From assembly GCA_045105515.1 (NCBI GenBank), contig JBGCDR010000325.1:1-47816 (forward strand): a stretch of 47,816 nt of DNA, in the 5' to 3' direction. Position 1 is the stretch's first letter; each line of letters begins with the position of its first letter. The position numbers were made by a program, and so were the translations under genes. Origin of the DNA: Oligoflexales bacterium. GTDB taxonomy: Bacteria > Bdellovibrionota_B > Oligoflexia > Oligoflexales > Bog-1112. Shown piece after piece: positions 1 to 10,165 of this stretch. The notes under the pieces are model-generated. The model saw only the letters and a program-made list of their open reading frames with translations. It searched no databases and was not told the origin of the DNA.

Positions 1-32
1 TACCTTTGCTCATAAGTGAGATTGGCAGACAT
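1..32 (-). CDS. 5' end of a gene running off the window (MSANLTYEQR...), possibly acyl carrier protein
   Basis: Minus strand reads AAAGGGG (SD-like), then ATG TCT GCC AAT CTC ACT TAT GAG CAA AGG. The N-terminus resembles ACP starts (MSTIEERV), but only 10 codons are visible. Confidence 0.35.
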   Translation of the reverse strand, partial: MSANLTYEQR

Positions 33-644
33 AAATACCCCTTTCTTGCAAGCAGATTAGCCTCATAGACTAAACTAAATCCGCCTTCCGAAGCGATGGA
101 ATTTTTTCTTCTGCACTTAATCTAGCAATCCGCCTTTCTAAATTATGACAAGCTGAAAGATAAATATGACGAGCTAACACCTTCCGATGCGTTATCAAAA
201 ATTGCAGCTGATCTTACTCCTCCAGTCTTAATAGCGACACCAGCAGCCTAGTTTTTCAACCGATGCCTTTTGCAAGCTTCTTCTACGCTATCTAACCAGT
301 ACAAAGTATCTTTCTCGCATAGTCATCATTTCAGAGGGTTGCCTAAAAAACCTGCTAAGAAGCTCTTCAAACCAATAAGTGTGATGAACTGGCTTGAACA
401 AAGGAGTTTTTACCATGATCAGGAAAAGAAAAAACAAGGATATTTCATCAAGCAGTTATTTATTTCAAGGGAAAAGTCGTTTCCCCTAAAAGCTTCGATA
501 CAAAGGCTTAGGCTGTCTTATATGAAAAAGAGATCTTAAGAAAATGTAAGTTAGGAAGGCAGGAACTTATGAGCGCATAAAGTGTAAACTAGAAATGTTA
601 CAAAACTAAGGTGAATAGCTCTAACTTAATTGTATTGTAGTCCT

Positions 645-1160
645 TCACCCTACTTGCCGGAAAGGACCAATCATTTTCCACCATAGAATAGCATCAGCTA
701 TGATCGTCACAAAAAAATCTTTTGGAGTTGATGGCTTAGATCCATTTATTAGAAAAGGTTTAGGTTTTAAAGCCTCATCTGCCTTAATAGAAAATTTTTC
801 TGCACTCTTTTCAAAATAGTAAACAAATTCAGAAACATGCCCAGTTCCCTGTTGATCGAACGATTTATGACATTCAATAAGAAAACGATGATCTTGAAAT
901 CCAAAGCCAATGATGAAAGGGCTTCCATCTCGCAAATTTTCGGCTTCTTTAACTGGAAAGAATTGGCCCTCTCCACCATATTTTCGAAGATCTTCATTTG
1001 CTTCAATAATTAATTCAGATAAGTCCTTAAACCAAGAATTGAATAAATTCAATAAATTTTGCTGAAACTCTACTTCCTTTTGTGCAAGTTTTTCTCGTTG
1101 AGCAATTTCTTCTTCAGCCAAAGATTTAGCTTTTTTTACGGCCCTCTCAAAGACTCCCAT
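645..1160 (-). CDS. hypothetical protein (N-terminal coiled coil)
   Basis: 171-aa ORF with GGGAAGAG upstream; no family motif recognised. Confidence 0.7.
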   Translation of the reverse strand: MGVFERAVKKAKSLAEEEIAQREKLAQKEVEFQQNLLNLFNSWFKDLSELIIEANEDLRKYGGEGQFFPVKEAENLRDGSPFIIGFGFQDHRFLIECHKSFDQQGTGHVSEFVYYFEKSAEKFSIKADEALKPKPFLINGSKPSTPKDFFVTIIADAILWWKMIGPFRQVG

Positions 1161-1317
1161 AGGTACTCTTCCCCTGACTAACAGAAACAGATACGACCCC
1201 AGACTTAGGAACTACGAAAACACCTACAATTCAAAAACTTGCCTTGTTAGTTTTCAAACCTCAGATTTCCTTCCCTCAAAGTATGTCAATATATCTGTTC
1301 AAAATAAGTAAGAACTT

Positions 1318-2685
1318 TTAACTTGTCTTAAGCCTGGTTAAGGCTGGAATACTATTTAAATAATTCCGATAGCTAAGGTAATCCTTACCTAGTGCGAGTT
1401 CCAAAACTGCACCACCTACATGGGTAGGATTAATCTGTTCACCATTGGCATCTACCAATCCAGTTTCTGTATTAACTGAAAGGGCTCGCATATTATCATC
1501 AGTACCACCAATAGCTCTTCCTCCCTGTATACCTCCACCAATCAACAGAGCCCCTCCTACAGGCCAATGATCACGACCATTAGAGTTATTTATCCTAGGA
1601 GTTCTACCAAAATCTGAGTACATCACTATTAGAGTAGAGTCCAATTTTCCAGCTGCCCTAAGCCCATCGACAAAGCGCTTAATAACAAAATCCACACCTT
1701 CCAAATTAGGCTGTAAATTATTACTCTGGTTTGCATGGGTATCGAACCCGCCAATTCCTAAATTAATGCAATCACAAATATCTCCGGTTATCAATTTTTG
1801 AGCCAAAGCAAAGGTCTGCATCATCCCCCGGTTACGCATGTTTGCTGGGGCACCAGTTTGAAATGCAGAAATTTCTTCCTGAGTCAAAGCAAGTTGCTGC
1901 CCGACATTACCTTCAAATTGGGTCCTAATTTTTGACTCCGCTGCTTCTAAACTAGCAAGTCGATCGTTAGTTAAGTCTCCAGGTGAAACGCTCTCTTTCA
2001 AACGAGTTATGGAACCTTTAATGTAATCAAGCATTTCCAGACGTCTCTGGGTTGCCTCAGTTTCATTTGGATACATGGAACGATAAAGTTGCAGATTTTC
2101 TGCTCTTACAACAGATACAGGTTTAAGGAGGCCTCGGTCAGTCATAGGATCAGAGCCACCGTTTAGCTGAATAATAGGAATTGTATTGGTGCCTTCTGAA
2201 GATACAATTGCAGGAATTGAGGCTGAATTAACCCTGCCAGTATTGCTAAGAATCCCAGTATCCATATAAATGGAACCAGCCATGTGGGAAGTTGTTCCCA
2301 TTGCTAGACCTCTAATAATCAAAAGGTCCTCACCAATCTGTGCCATATTCGGTAGCCATCTTCCTAAGCGAGCATTATCATCGCCACCAGTTAACTGGTT
2401 GGTCAGATTGTAGTCATAGATCATATCAATGCCAGAAGTCGAAGAAACCTTGGGATCTAAAACTTCCAAAATATCCCAACCTCCACGCATATTGATCCAC
2501 ACTAATTTTCTTTGTAAAGGATAACTCTGTGATTCCTGAGCCCAAGCAGCTCCTGGCATTAACCATTTAGGTAATGACATGTAAGCTGTAAGTGATGCAC
2601 CATTTAATAACAGTTGCCTGCGATTAATAGACTCAACCTCTTCAGGTAAGCATGGCCCTACGAAAGCATTTTGTTTTTTACTCAT
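1318..2685 (-). CDS. DUF1501 family protein, Tat-exported
   Basis: Twin-Arg signal NRRQLL...AAWA; motifs INMRGGWD, GGFDTH, YSDFGRTP, GRDHWP and GGGIQGG typical of DUF1501. Confidence 0.85.
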   Translation of the reverse strand: MSKKQNAFVGPCLPEEVESINRRQLLLNGASLTAYMSLPKWLMPGAAWAQESQSYPLQRKLVWINMRGGWDILEVLDPKVSSTSGIDMIYDYNLTNQLTGGDDNARLGRWLPNMAQIGEDLLIIRGLAMGTTSHMAGSIYMDTGILSNTGRVNSASIPAIVSSEGTNTIPIIQLNGGSDPMTDRGLLKPVSVVRAENLQLYRSMYPNETEATQRRLEMLDYIKGSITRLKESVSPGDLTNDRLASLEAAESKIRTQFEGNVGQQLALTQEEISAFQTGAPANMRNRGMMQTFALAQKLITGDICDCINLGIGGFDTHANQSNNLQPNLEGVDFVIKRFVDGLRAAGKLDSTLIVMYSDFGRTPRINNSNGRDHWPVGGALLIGGGIQGGRAIGGTDDNMRALSVNTETGLVDANGEQINPTHVGGAVLELALGKDYLSYRNYLNSIPALTRLKTS

Positions 2686-4343
2686 TGCTTATCCCTTTCA
2701 ATCCAACACCTCACAGCTTCTTTTAACTCAAAGTTAGGACCAACTCTTGGAGGTCCGCTTTGTTCTGGAGGCATCTCACCACTTGTCATCATACTAATGG
2801 CAGTGGCTGCAACATTATCCCATTCTTCTTCCGTTTCCAATTTACTTAGACGGTTTGATCCATCATGACAGTCCAAACATCTTCCAGCTTTGGGTGCTAT
2901 ATCAGTAGCGAACACAACTGGAGTATCACATTCAGGTAAGTCATTTTCTCCTGGAGCTTCACCTAATGGAGGCTCAGATAAAGGATCTGCAACGAGACCA
3001 CTAACTCTTTGGCCATCCATAAAGGTTGGATGCGTTGTTATAGCGTATATAAGCTCTTTGAAACTGTAGTTGGTAGTTATAAAGTAATTTGTGAGCGCTG
3101 ATCTCACATTAGCTTCTTCTGCGTCAAATTTTCTTCCCACTAACCATTCCCATGCATGCTGCACCTGACAAGTAGCAAAAGCATTATCTGCTCTAATAAT
3201 GTTAGATAAATCGGAAATATGAGAACCACTTTGTCCACCAAACGTAGTTTCTACTGTACCTCTCTGCCCTTGATAGAGCTCTCCACCCTCACCCCAAGAT
3301 TGAAAAAAATCTGCTAGAGGGTCAAGGGTCGCATGACAACCAGCACAACCAGGAGTCTCTCGCAAATTGCCTGGGTCCTGTGGAAAAATTTTCGGTAATT
3401 CAGCAGTAAACTGCCTGCAAAGTAAACGCTCATAAAGCTGATTTGCGCGGGTTCGGTTTTTTTCATATCGCCTTAGCCAACCAAATGTGGAGATAATACC
3501 GCCAAGTTCATAGGTATTTCCAGTAAAAAGCAGATGAAATTTGGTATCGGTCAGTGGAATAGAATCCACTAAATCTAACAATTGTTGTGAGAGATTTAGC
3601 TCTTCAAGCTTGAAATGATGCTTCTGCCTGTAAAAGTGAGCAATAGCACCATCCACTGCTGTTAACCCTGGTTCAAGAATCTTAGTGTAAGGATAATTTT
3701 CTACAACTACTGCTGTCGCAATTCCTGCAGACTGCTTGCTAAGAGACTTAATCACTGAGTACCTAGAGTCAAATGCTTCGGTGGTTCCAAGTTCACTATT
3801 CGCTGCTGTTTCATCATCTTCGTATTCAATAAAACATCGACTCAGATCATTTCCACAGGACCTTACGATACTTGGGCATACCCAGGCCACCAAACCTGGG
3901 TACCAAAAGATGGATACTGGTTCTTCCCAAGCCTTTGGACAACTACTAACTTTTGATTGTTCGTCCTCACTGACCCAATGACATGAGAGCCGATCATCAC
4001 TGGTACCACATCTAATTTGTGCAAATTTATTGACTTTCTCATCGATATCATCCTTAAGCAGCTCATCCATATACTCAATTGGTAACCCAACTCCCAGAAG
4101 GGTCTGATGGTAGCGAAGCATAACATGATAGAATTCTTCATCTTCCAAAAGCCTGCGTATTTCAGAACGATATGCCTCGGTATTGTTGATTCGAGAAAAA
4201 TCTGTATCAGATGGAACCGTGCTGTTAAGTAAGTATTGAGCCCGCTTTAACGCTCGTTCAATATCAACTTCTGCAGCCCCTCGAACTCCCATAAAACAAA
4301 ATAAAAATAGGATGAGAAAGTTTATGAACCTTGGTCTCATCAA
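2682..4343 (-). CDS. secreted protein with two CxxCH motifs (DUF1549/1553/1585/1588-like, probable c-type cytochrome)
   Basis: Signal peptide; CAGCHATLDP and CLDCH followed by MPP; RTRAN...LLC segment; overlaps the DUF1501 gene by 4 nt. Confidence 0.75.
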   Translation of the reverse strand: MMRPRFINFLILFLFCFMGVRGAAEVDIERALKRAQYLLNSTVPSDTDFSRINNTEAYRSEIRRLLEDEEFYHVMLRYHQTLLGVGLPIEYMDELLKDDIDEKVNKFAQIRCGTSDDRLSCHWVSEDEQSKVSSCPKAWEEPVSIFWYPGLVAWVCPSIVRSCGNDLSRCFIEYEDDETAANSELGTTEAFDSRYSVIKSLSKQSAGIATAVVVENYPYTKILEPGLTAVDGAIAHFYRQKHHFKLEELNLSQQLLDLVDSIPLTDTKFHLLFTGNTYELGGIISTFGWLRRYEKNRTRANQLYERLLCRQFTAELPKIFPQDPGNLRETPGCAGCHATLDPLADFFQSWGEGGELYQGQRGTVETTFGGQSGSHISDLSNIIRADNAFATCQVQHAWEWLVGRKFDAEEANVRSALTNYFITTNYSFKELIYAITTHPTFMDGQRVSGLVADPLSEPPLGEAPGENDLPECDTPVVFATDIAPKAGRCLDCHDGSNRLSKLETEEEWDNVAATAISMMTSGEMPPEQSGPPRVGPNFELKEAVRCWIERDKQ

Positions 4344-4370
4344 ATTAATCCTCCAGGATAATCACACAAA

Positions 4371-5069
4371 CTAAAGCAATAAAGCTTCCGCATCGAGTGC
4401 AAGTGTTGCGCAAACGGGTATATAACTAGCAAATGTATAAGTACTACCTTCTGTCAAATTTGAATCTAGAATCTCCTTTAGTGATGAAATGATACTTTCA
4501 TCAATTTTTGTACTTGGCTTGCCAATAAACCTTTGTGCCAAGAACCTAATATTAGCTTCCCAATCATTTGGAGAAACAGGAAGAATACTTTCCCAACCTG
4601 GAAATTGTCTTTCATCAGGAGAAACCAAGCCTTCGCAGATTCTCTCTGCTACTGATAAGCTCGCAAGTAAAGAAGTGGCATCGAATTCTTTTTGAGGGGT
4701 TTTTTGGAAGTCCTCACTCGCTCCACCCAACAGCAAGCGAAACCCTTCAATGGAGCCAATTTCTCGCGCAACTGTCGAACCTTCTTGCCTATACTGGAGC
4801 AAAAGCCTCCGAGCATACATGTCTGGGTCTGGGCGAATTGAGGCAGGTGGCACCCCTGAAACAGCCGCGTAAACAGCATCTAAAGCGGCGTCGTCTTTAT
4901 CACCAGCTTTATCTCCAAGTGTCTGTCCAATGACACTACCTGTTGGGCCGGTAGCCGCATCAGTCTCCGACTGTTGATCACTTGTTTCAAAGTAATCAAC
5001 AAAGTAGCAAGACTGTGTCATACCAAAGAAAAAAAATAATATATAAAAATTATTACGACAATATTTCAT
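4371..5069 (-). CDS. putative lipoprotein of the DUF1501 cluster
   Basis: Hydrophobic stretch then MTQS-C lipobox-like motif. Start is ATG 5069 or TTG 5087 (GGAGG 7 nt upstream of the TTG). Confidence 0.7.
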   Translation of the reverse strand: MKYCRNNFYILFFFFGMTQSCYFVDYFETSDQQSETDAATGPTGSVIGQTLGDKAGDKDDAALDAVYAAVSGVPPASIRPDPDMYARRLLLQYRQEGSTVAREIGSIEGFRLLLGGASEDFQKTPQKEFDATSLLASLSVAERICEGLVSPDERQFPGWESILPVSPNDWEANIRFLAQRFIGKPSTKIDESIISSLKEILDSNLTEGSTYTFASYIPVCATLALDAEALLL

Positions 5070-5107
5070 AGCTTTCTCTAATATCAAATCTCGGCCTCCA
5101 ATAAACA

Positions 5108-5134
5108 CAATCGGCCGGATTTTTAGTGAAATTA
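5108..5134 (-). promoter_or_regulatory. putative sigma-28 (FliA) promoter
   Basis: Minus strand TAAT-N15-GCCGATTG versus consensus TAAA-N15-GCCGATAA, directly upstream of the lipoprotein/cytochrome/DUF1501 genes. Confidence 0.45.
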
Positions 5135-5156
5135 AAAAGAGATTTTAAGACACTTA

Positions 5157-6224
5157 TTATATTGGGTAAAAAAGTCCAAAAGATAAGGCAATTGCTTGAA
5201 AGCTAAATCGAGCTTTATACTCAGTAATATCTGCCCCATCTTTTCCATAACCAAAAAGTAGGCCTGCATAAACTTGCTGTTCATTGGAACCATATACACC
5301 AAGGAGCTTGAGTGTTGTTAAAGGAATGGTATCTACCCCTGCATAGGCATTACTCGAATATGATAAGGTTTTATGACCTAAACCGAAATTTAATCCGAGA
5401 TTAGAGCCAATTGGAAGAAAACTAGATATGAATATTCGTAAATAATCATCACGAACCGTATGTCCGGTGCTAGTTCTCTCTCCTCCTTCACTTTCTTGAA
5501 CATTAGCAAAGTCGAACATAAAAGTACTATTGCCTAAGCCAAATTCAGCAACGATTCCATACTCTGAGGGAATATTAACATAGCTAATGTCAGATAAAGA
5601 TGTTCCATCTGAAGACTTATTCGAAAAGGACCTGCTCGCTTCCTTTCCTTGAACATAGTAAAATCCCCCACTCCACTGCCCACCTCTTCTCACCAAACCA
5701 ATACGAGGAGCAAAAAGTGACACATCTTCGTAGGTAATGGTGGAAGAAGCTACGGTAGATTTTATTTTAGATTTTTCACTGTTGATGAGTCTCATCATCA
5801 CGCCTGCAAATAATTCCAGACCTTTGTGATTAACATAAGTGAAATCAAAAGCGGGCTTAGACTCAATTTTCTCGTGACTTTTAGGTGATTTTGGGGGTTT
5901 TTCCTCTTCTCCTTTTTGTTTGAGAACAGAATTTTTAAAGTTGAACCTCAGACCCATCTTTCCTGAAGATAGGGTAGATTCACCCCCAACCATCAAGAAT
6001 GATTCAAGCCTACGATCAAGATAAATACTATCGGGAGGAGATGTCTTTGTTCTAGTATCCACACCCCCAGCATCAAAGCGCATCCAAAAGTGAGACTGTT
6101 TTTTAAATTTTATCGCGCCTGTCCCAGGGGTATGATCATCTTGAATTGAAAAGCCATAAGAATAGGAAGCCTCAGAAATTACAACAAAAAAAATAAAGAA
6201 TTGAGCTGTCTTAAACATAAGCAT
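5157..6224 (-). CDS. putative outer-membrane beta-barrel protein
   Basis: Signal peptide; amphipathic Gly/aromatic beta strands; C-terminal strand ALSFGLFYPI. Confidence 0.65.
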   Translation of the reverse strand: MLMFKTAQFFIFFVVISEASYSYGFSIQDDHTPGTGAIKFKKQSHFWMRFDAGGVDTRTKTSPPDSIYLDRRLESFLMVGGESTLSSGKMGLRFNFKNSVLKQKGEEEKPPKSPKSHEKIESKPAFDFTYVNHKGLELFAGVMMRLINSEKSKIKSTVASSTITYEDVSLFAPRIGLVRRGGQWSGGFYYVQGKEASRSFSNKSSDGTSLSDISYVNIPSEYGIVAEFGLGNSTFMFDFANVQESEGGERTSTGHTVRDDYLRIFISSFLPIGSNLGLNFGLGHKTLSYSSNAYAGVDTIPLTTLKLLGVYGSNEQQVYAGLLFGYGKDGADITEYKARFSFQAIALSFGLFYPI

Positions 6225-6303
6225 CCAAAAAGCATCATTAAACCATAGGCTTGCAACTACCTTTCGGACAATAAAAGAAGAGATTAAGGCTAATGGCCTC
6301 AGT

Positions 6304-7062
6304 TTAGCTTAAAGGCTTTGAATGAAGACTTTTTGTTTTTGCATTCAAATCACATTTATCCAGTTTAATAAGCATAGTAGCTAAGCTATCTAAGCTCGGA
6401 TTTATTTTTACCTTAGGGACGTATGAGTCTTTCTCATTTAAAAACTGGAAGTCCATTCCAATTATTTTTGGTTTTTCGCAAGGTATTTGCGCTAGTAATT
6501 CTCTACCAACTGAATCTGGATTAAGGCTAACAGATAATTTTTCTTCTTGAATCCTGACATCTTTATCAAAATTGTAAACAATTTCTCCTAGGCTTCCCTT
6601 TGTAGTAATCAATCGGGTTTTTACGCTAGCCACGGCTCCGAGATCCTTGCTGATAGTTACTACACTTGAGGCATGGACGTCTGCAATACGAAAGCCTTTG
6701 GGTGGATGAACAGCAATACGAAGAGCACACTCCCTTGCGAAGCTTGGCTTACGAGTAATGGATTTGAAGCTATCCAACTCATAAGTCCCTTTAGAAAAAA
6801 TGACTTGATAAAGCATTGGATCTTGGGAATTTTTTATCAACTCCATTCGTATATCACCAATACCTCCAGCTCTTCCTTTACACCCAGAGCCAAGAGCAAA
6901 CCAATCCTTAATTTGGAGACCTTCATTTGCTTCACTAGCTTGATCTTGAGACACTTTAGCAAATGACAGTACTGAAGAAACAAGCCAAAAAATCACCATC
7001 ATTTGTAGTAAATTATATTTTTTAAGACTTGGTGATCGTATTCCCATTACTTTTATTTGCAT
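6304..7062 (-). CDS. DUF4360-like secreted protein
   Basis: Signal peptide; ALGSGC and RECALRIAVHPPKGFRI motifs resembling DUF4360. Confidence 0.6.
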   Translation of the reverse strand: MQIKVMGIRSPSLKKYNLLQMMVIFWLVSSVLSFAKVSQDQASEANEGLQIKDWFALGSGCKGRAGGIGDIRMELIKNSQDPMLYQVIFSKGTYELDSFKSITRKPSFARECALRIAVHPPKGFRIADVHASSVVTISKDLGAVASVKTRLITTKGSLGEIVYNFDKDVRIQEEKLSVSLNPDSVGRELLAQIPCEKPKIIGMDFQFLNEKDSYVPKVKINPSLDSLATMLIKLDKCDLNAKTKSLHSKPLS

Positions 7063-7086
7063 ATCTTCACCGCTATATTTTGTTGA

Positions 7087-7117
7087 AAAAAAGAAGCTAA
7101 TCTTTAGCTTCTTTTTT
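7087..7117. terminator. intrinsic terminator-like hairpin, potentially bidirectional
   Basis: Perfect inverted repeat AAAAAAGAAGCTAA-tct-TTAGCTTCTTTTTT just downstream of the 7140..7748 gene. Confidence 0.8.
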
Positions 7118-7139
7118 CTGGGTTTACTTTTTTAAAAAG

Positions 7140-7748
7140 CTATGGACATTTAAAGACTTGAGCAATTGTCTCAAACTTGACATCATATCCATCAGCTTGA
7201 ATTACGATACTATCATCGATGCTTGCTCTTTGGCCGGTTACCACTAAATTTGCTCGCATTAATCCTCTGTAGTCGCGCAAGCAATATCTGGGCTGAACTT
7301 CAAAATATGTGGCATTTTCCTTCGTAAAATAAGGTACACTACTACTTCTCCATTGCTTAGTTGAAATAGTCAACGGACGAACCCGATTGTTATAAAAACT
7401 CGCCGAAACTGCGATTTTACCCTCTGATCTTCCTGATTTAACAAATCCACCATGCACTCTTTGAGTTAGTTTTCCTAAATACCAACCTTGTTTGACTGTT
7501 GCGGGAATCACTAAATTACAGTGTTTACGCTCTGAAGTCCTCCCCCCAGCATAACCACTTAGATTAGTCCCCAAGTCTGTCATGATAAAAGAAATTTCTT
7601 CGCCGGCCGCTATTGCAAATACTGTTTGGTCTTTTTGACAGTCATTACCACCAGCGATATATCGCTGATCATCCCAACTAATAGTCCAACCCATCGCTGA
7701 TCCAGTGATCATTAAACCTACTATTATTCCTGTGATTTTCCTTAACAT
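7140..7748 (-). CDS. DUF4360-like secreted protein
   Basis: Strong SD AGGAGG; signal peptide; AGGNDC, RKHCNLVIPATVKQGW and terminal Cys pattern. Confidence 0.7.
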   Translation of the reverse strand: MLRKITGIIVGLMITGSAMGWTISWDDQRYIAGGNDCQKDQTVFAIAAGEEISFIMTDLGTNLSGYAGGRTSERKHCNLVIPATVKQGWYLGKLTQRVHGGFVKSGRSEGKIAVSASFYNNRVRPLTISTKQWRSSSVPYFTKENATYFEVQPRYCLRDYRGLMRANLVVTGQRASIDDSIVIQADGYDVKFETIAQVFKCP

Positions 7749-7989
7749 GCAAACCTCCTACTTTGGAAATCCCGAATTCTAACACCCCATACCTAACTCA
7801 TTAAAGCTTTGAGCTTAACCCTATGCACTTAGTCTCATGAATTAGGTTTAATTTTATATTGAATGAACTCTAGATAATTTACAATATGCTATTTTGGCAG
7901 AATCATCTCTAAAGATTTCTTGAATAGGAGTTAACAAATGTAGGAATATTGTGACAAAAAATTTTAACGAAGCTAAAAGTATTTTTTTG

Positions 7990-9360
7990 TTAATAACTTT
8001 GAGAAAGGTGCCATGCCTTTGGTTTTAAAAATGCTTTGATCCCAAGTTCTGACAAAGTTGATCCTATTCCTGATCGTTTTCTTCCCGACCATGGAAGATA
8101 TACCGAAACTCTATCACAGCAATTCCAATAGACACTGCCTGAATCAATATTTGTCAGAATAGAGCGAGCACGCTCTTCATTCTCTGTATATACACCTGCT
8201 GTCAAGCCATAATTGGTATCATTCATTAAATCTATAGCCTCCTGATCCGCTGAAACTTTTTGAATCCCAATAATCGGACCGAAAGACTCTTCTTTCATGA
8301 TTTCCATCTTATGGCTGACATCAACAAGAACGCTTGGCTTGTAAAAGTTACCTACAAATTCAGTTTGACCGCCTTCAACGAGATACCTTGCTCCTTTTTC
8401 AAGAGCATCCTGACATTGAATGTCTAAGTAATCCATATGCTGGCTTCTCGTTATAGCACCGATATAAGTATCTTTATCACCTGGTTCACCAATAACCAGA
8501 GATTGAGTTTGTTTAGCAAATCGTTCTATAAACTCATGATAGATTGCATCATGCACATAAATACGCTCAACCGCACAACAACTCTGACCAGTGTTATAAA
8601 AACTTCCATCAACAAGAGCATCAGCTGCTCGGTTTACATCAACATCATTACAAACATAAACTGGATCTTTACCACCTAATTCAAAGCCCATGGGTATAAA
8701 AGCTGATGCCAATTCACTTGCTATTTTTTTGCCAGTGGCATAGGATCCAGTAAAAAATAATCCATCAATTTTCTGTTTAAGAATGTAGCTTCCAACCTCT
8801 TGAGCACCTAAGAAGGTTTGAAAAAGACCTTTTGGAATCCCAGCTTGATGTAGTAGCTCATCAATTTTTAAACCAGTTAAAGATGCATACTCGGAAGGCT
8901 TATATAGAACAGCGTTACCTGTTAACAAAGCTGGAATAATAACATTCGTTCCTACAAAGTAAGGATAGTTCCATGCTGAAATATTCCCAACGACACCTAG
9001 AGGGTCAAAGGAAATGGATTCTTCAATGTTTCCTTCTTTGTAAGCAACATAGTCGCTCAATATTGGCTGAGTATGACTCAAAAACCAATCAATCCTACCT
9101 AAGGTTACCTTAATTTCATTTCTGGCCTGGCTGATTGGTTTTCCCATTTCTTCACTAAGAATTTGGCTGCATTGATCCTGTTCTTGCTCAAGCAAATTCC
9201 TAAAATTACGAATACTCGCAGCTCTAGCTTCATAGGAGCATAGCACCCACTCACGCTGGGCTTCTCTAGCCAGCTTGTATCCATTTTTAACATCGATTGG
9301 ACTTGCACTTGGGATTTCTATTATGATCTTTCCAGTGGCAGGGTTCTTTACCTTAATCAT
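7990..9360 (-). CDS. NAD(P)-dependent aldehyde dehydrogenase
   Basis: AWNYP, FTGS, ELGGKDP, catalytic Cys region GQSCCA, EESFGP. Confidence 0.95.
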   Translation of the reverse strand: MIKVKNPATGKIIIEIPSASPIDVKNGYKLAREAQREWVLCSYEARAASIRNFRNLLEQEQDQCSQILSEEMGKPISQARNEIKVTLGRIDWFLSHTQPILSDYVAYKEGNIEESISFDPLGVVGNISAWNYPYFVGTNVIIPALLTGNAVLYKPSEYASLTGLKIDELLHQAGIPKGLFQTFLGAQEVGSYILKQKIDGLFFTGSYATGKKIASELASAFIPMGFELGGKDPVYVCNDVDVNRAADALVDGSFYNTGQSCCAVERIYVHDAIYHEFIERFAKQTQSLVIGEPGDKDTYIGAITRSQHMDYLDIQCQDALEKGARYLVEGGQTEFVGNFYKPSVLVDVSHKMEIMKEESFGPIIGIQKVSADQEAIDLMNDTNYGLTAGVYTENEERARSILTNIDSGSVYWNCCDRVSVYLPWSGRKRSGIGSTLSELGIKAFLKPKAWHLSQSY

Positions 9361-10151
9361 GGCATTCCTTTTTTGTTATGACGATCCTTTGCTGCATTTA
9401 AAAAGTCTCGAAGCAAGATATCTGGATCTAAAAATTCATGTTGCGATCCGAGTTGAAATTCAGGGTGCCATTGCACTCCATAGCAATAAGGATCATCGGG
9501 GTTCTCTTGTTTTAAGTGAATAGCTTCTATAATGCCATCATTACAGGATTTTGCCTCCACTAAAAATCCATTTGCGAGATCTTTAACTGCCTGATGATGG
9601 ACACTGTTCACCATCACCTTTTCTTTTCCTCCATAAAGCTTGCTCAGTCTAGAGTCAGAAAGTATTTCAATCTGATGCTTATTGCGTTCATAAACACCAG
9701 CATCCCGATGATTAAAAGCATCCGGTTCAAAATGGTTTATATCTTGATAAAGGCTTCCACCAAAACAGACATTTAGTAATTGCATTCCTCGGCAAATACC
9801 TAAAATCGGCTTGTTTTCTTTGAAAAATGCCTTTACAAGCTCACATTCGTATAAGTCTCGCTCAAAGTCACCTTGCCATTCCAGTTTTATTGCCAGTTCG
9901 TTGTAACTCTTTGGCGATACATCGGCTCCTCCCTGGAGAACCAAGCCATCAAGCTCTTTTGCGAATGCAGAACTGCTTACCCCTTGCAAGTGTAGAAAAG
10001 GTATCATCATTACCATGCAGCCATTCCTTAACAGATAGTCAGACATGGATTTTTCCAGAAAAATCAGTGGCCTTCCATTGAATATCGCTTTGCTTGGATC
10101 TCCCCCCCAATAACAAGCAGAAACGCCTATTTTTACTGGATTTATAATCAC
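9357..10151 (-). CDS. gamma-glutamyl amide hydrolase (PuuD / peptidase C26 family)
   Basis: GGADV, LGICRGMQ nucleophile motif, VNSVHHQ, GVQWHPE. Confidence 0.9.
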   Translation of the reverse strand: MIINPVKIGVSACYWGGDPSKAIFNGRPLIFLEKSMSDYLLRNGCMVMMIPFLHLQGVSSSAFAKELDGLVLQGGADVSPKSYNELAIKLEWQGDFERDLYECELVKAFFKENKPILGICRGMQLLNVCFGGSLYQDINHFEPDAFNHRDAGVYERNKHQIEILSDSRLSKLYGGKEKVMVNSVHHQAVKDLANGFLVEAKSCNDGIIEAIHLKQENPDDPYCYGVQWHPEFQLGSQHEFLDPDILLRDFLNAAKDRHNKKGMP

Positions 10152-10165
10152 TTAAGCCTCCATAG

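Noticed and set aside
270..539. 89-aa plus-strand ORF
   Set aside because: TTG start without an SD and no recognisable features.
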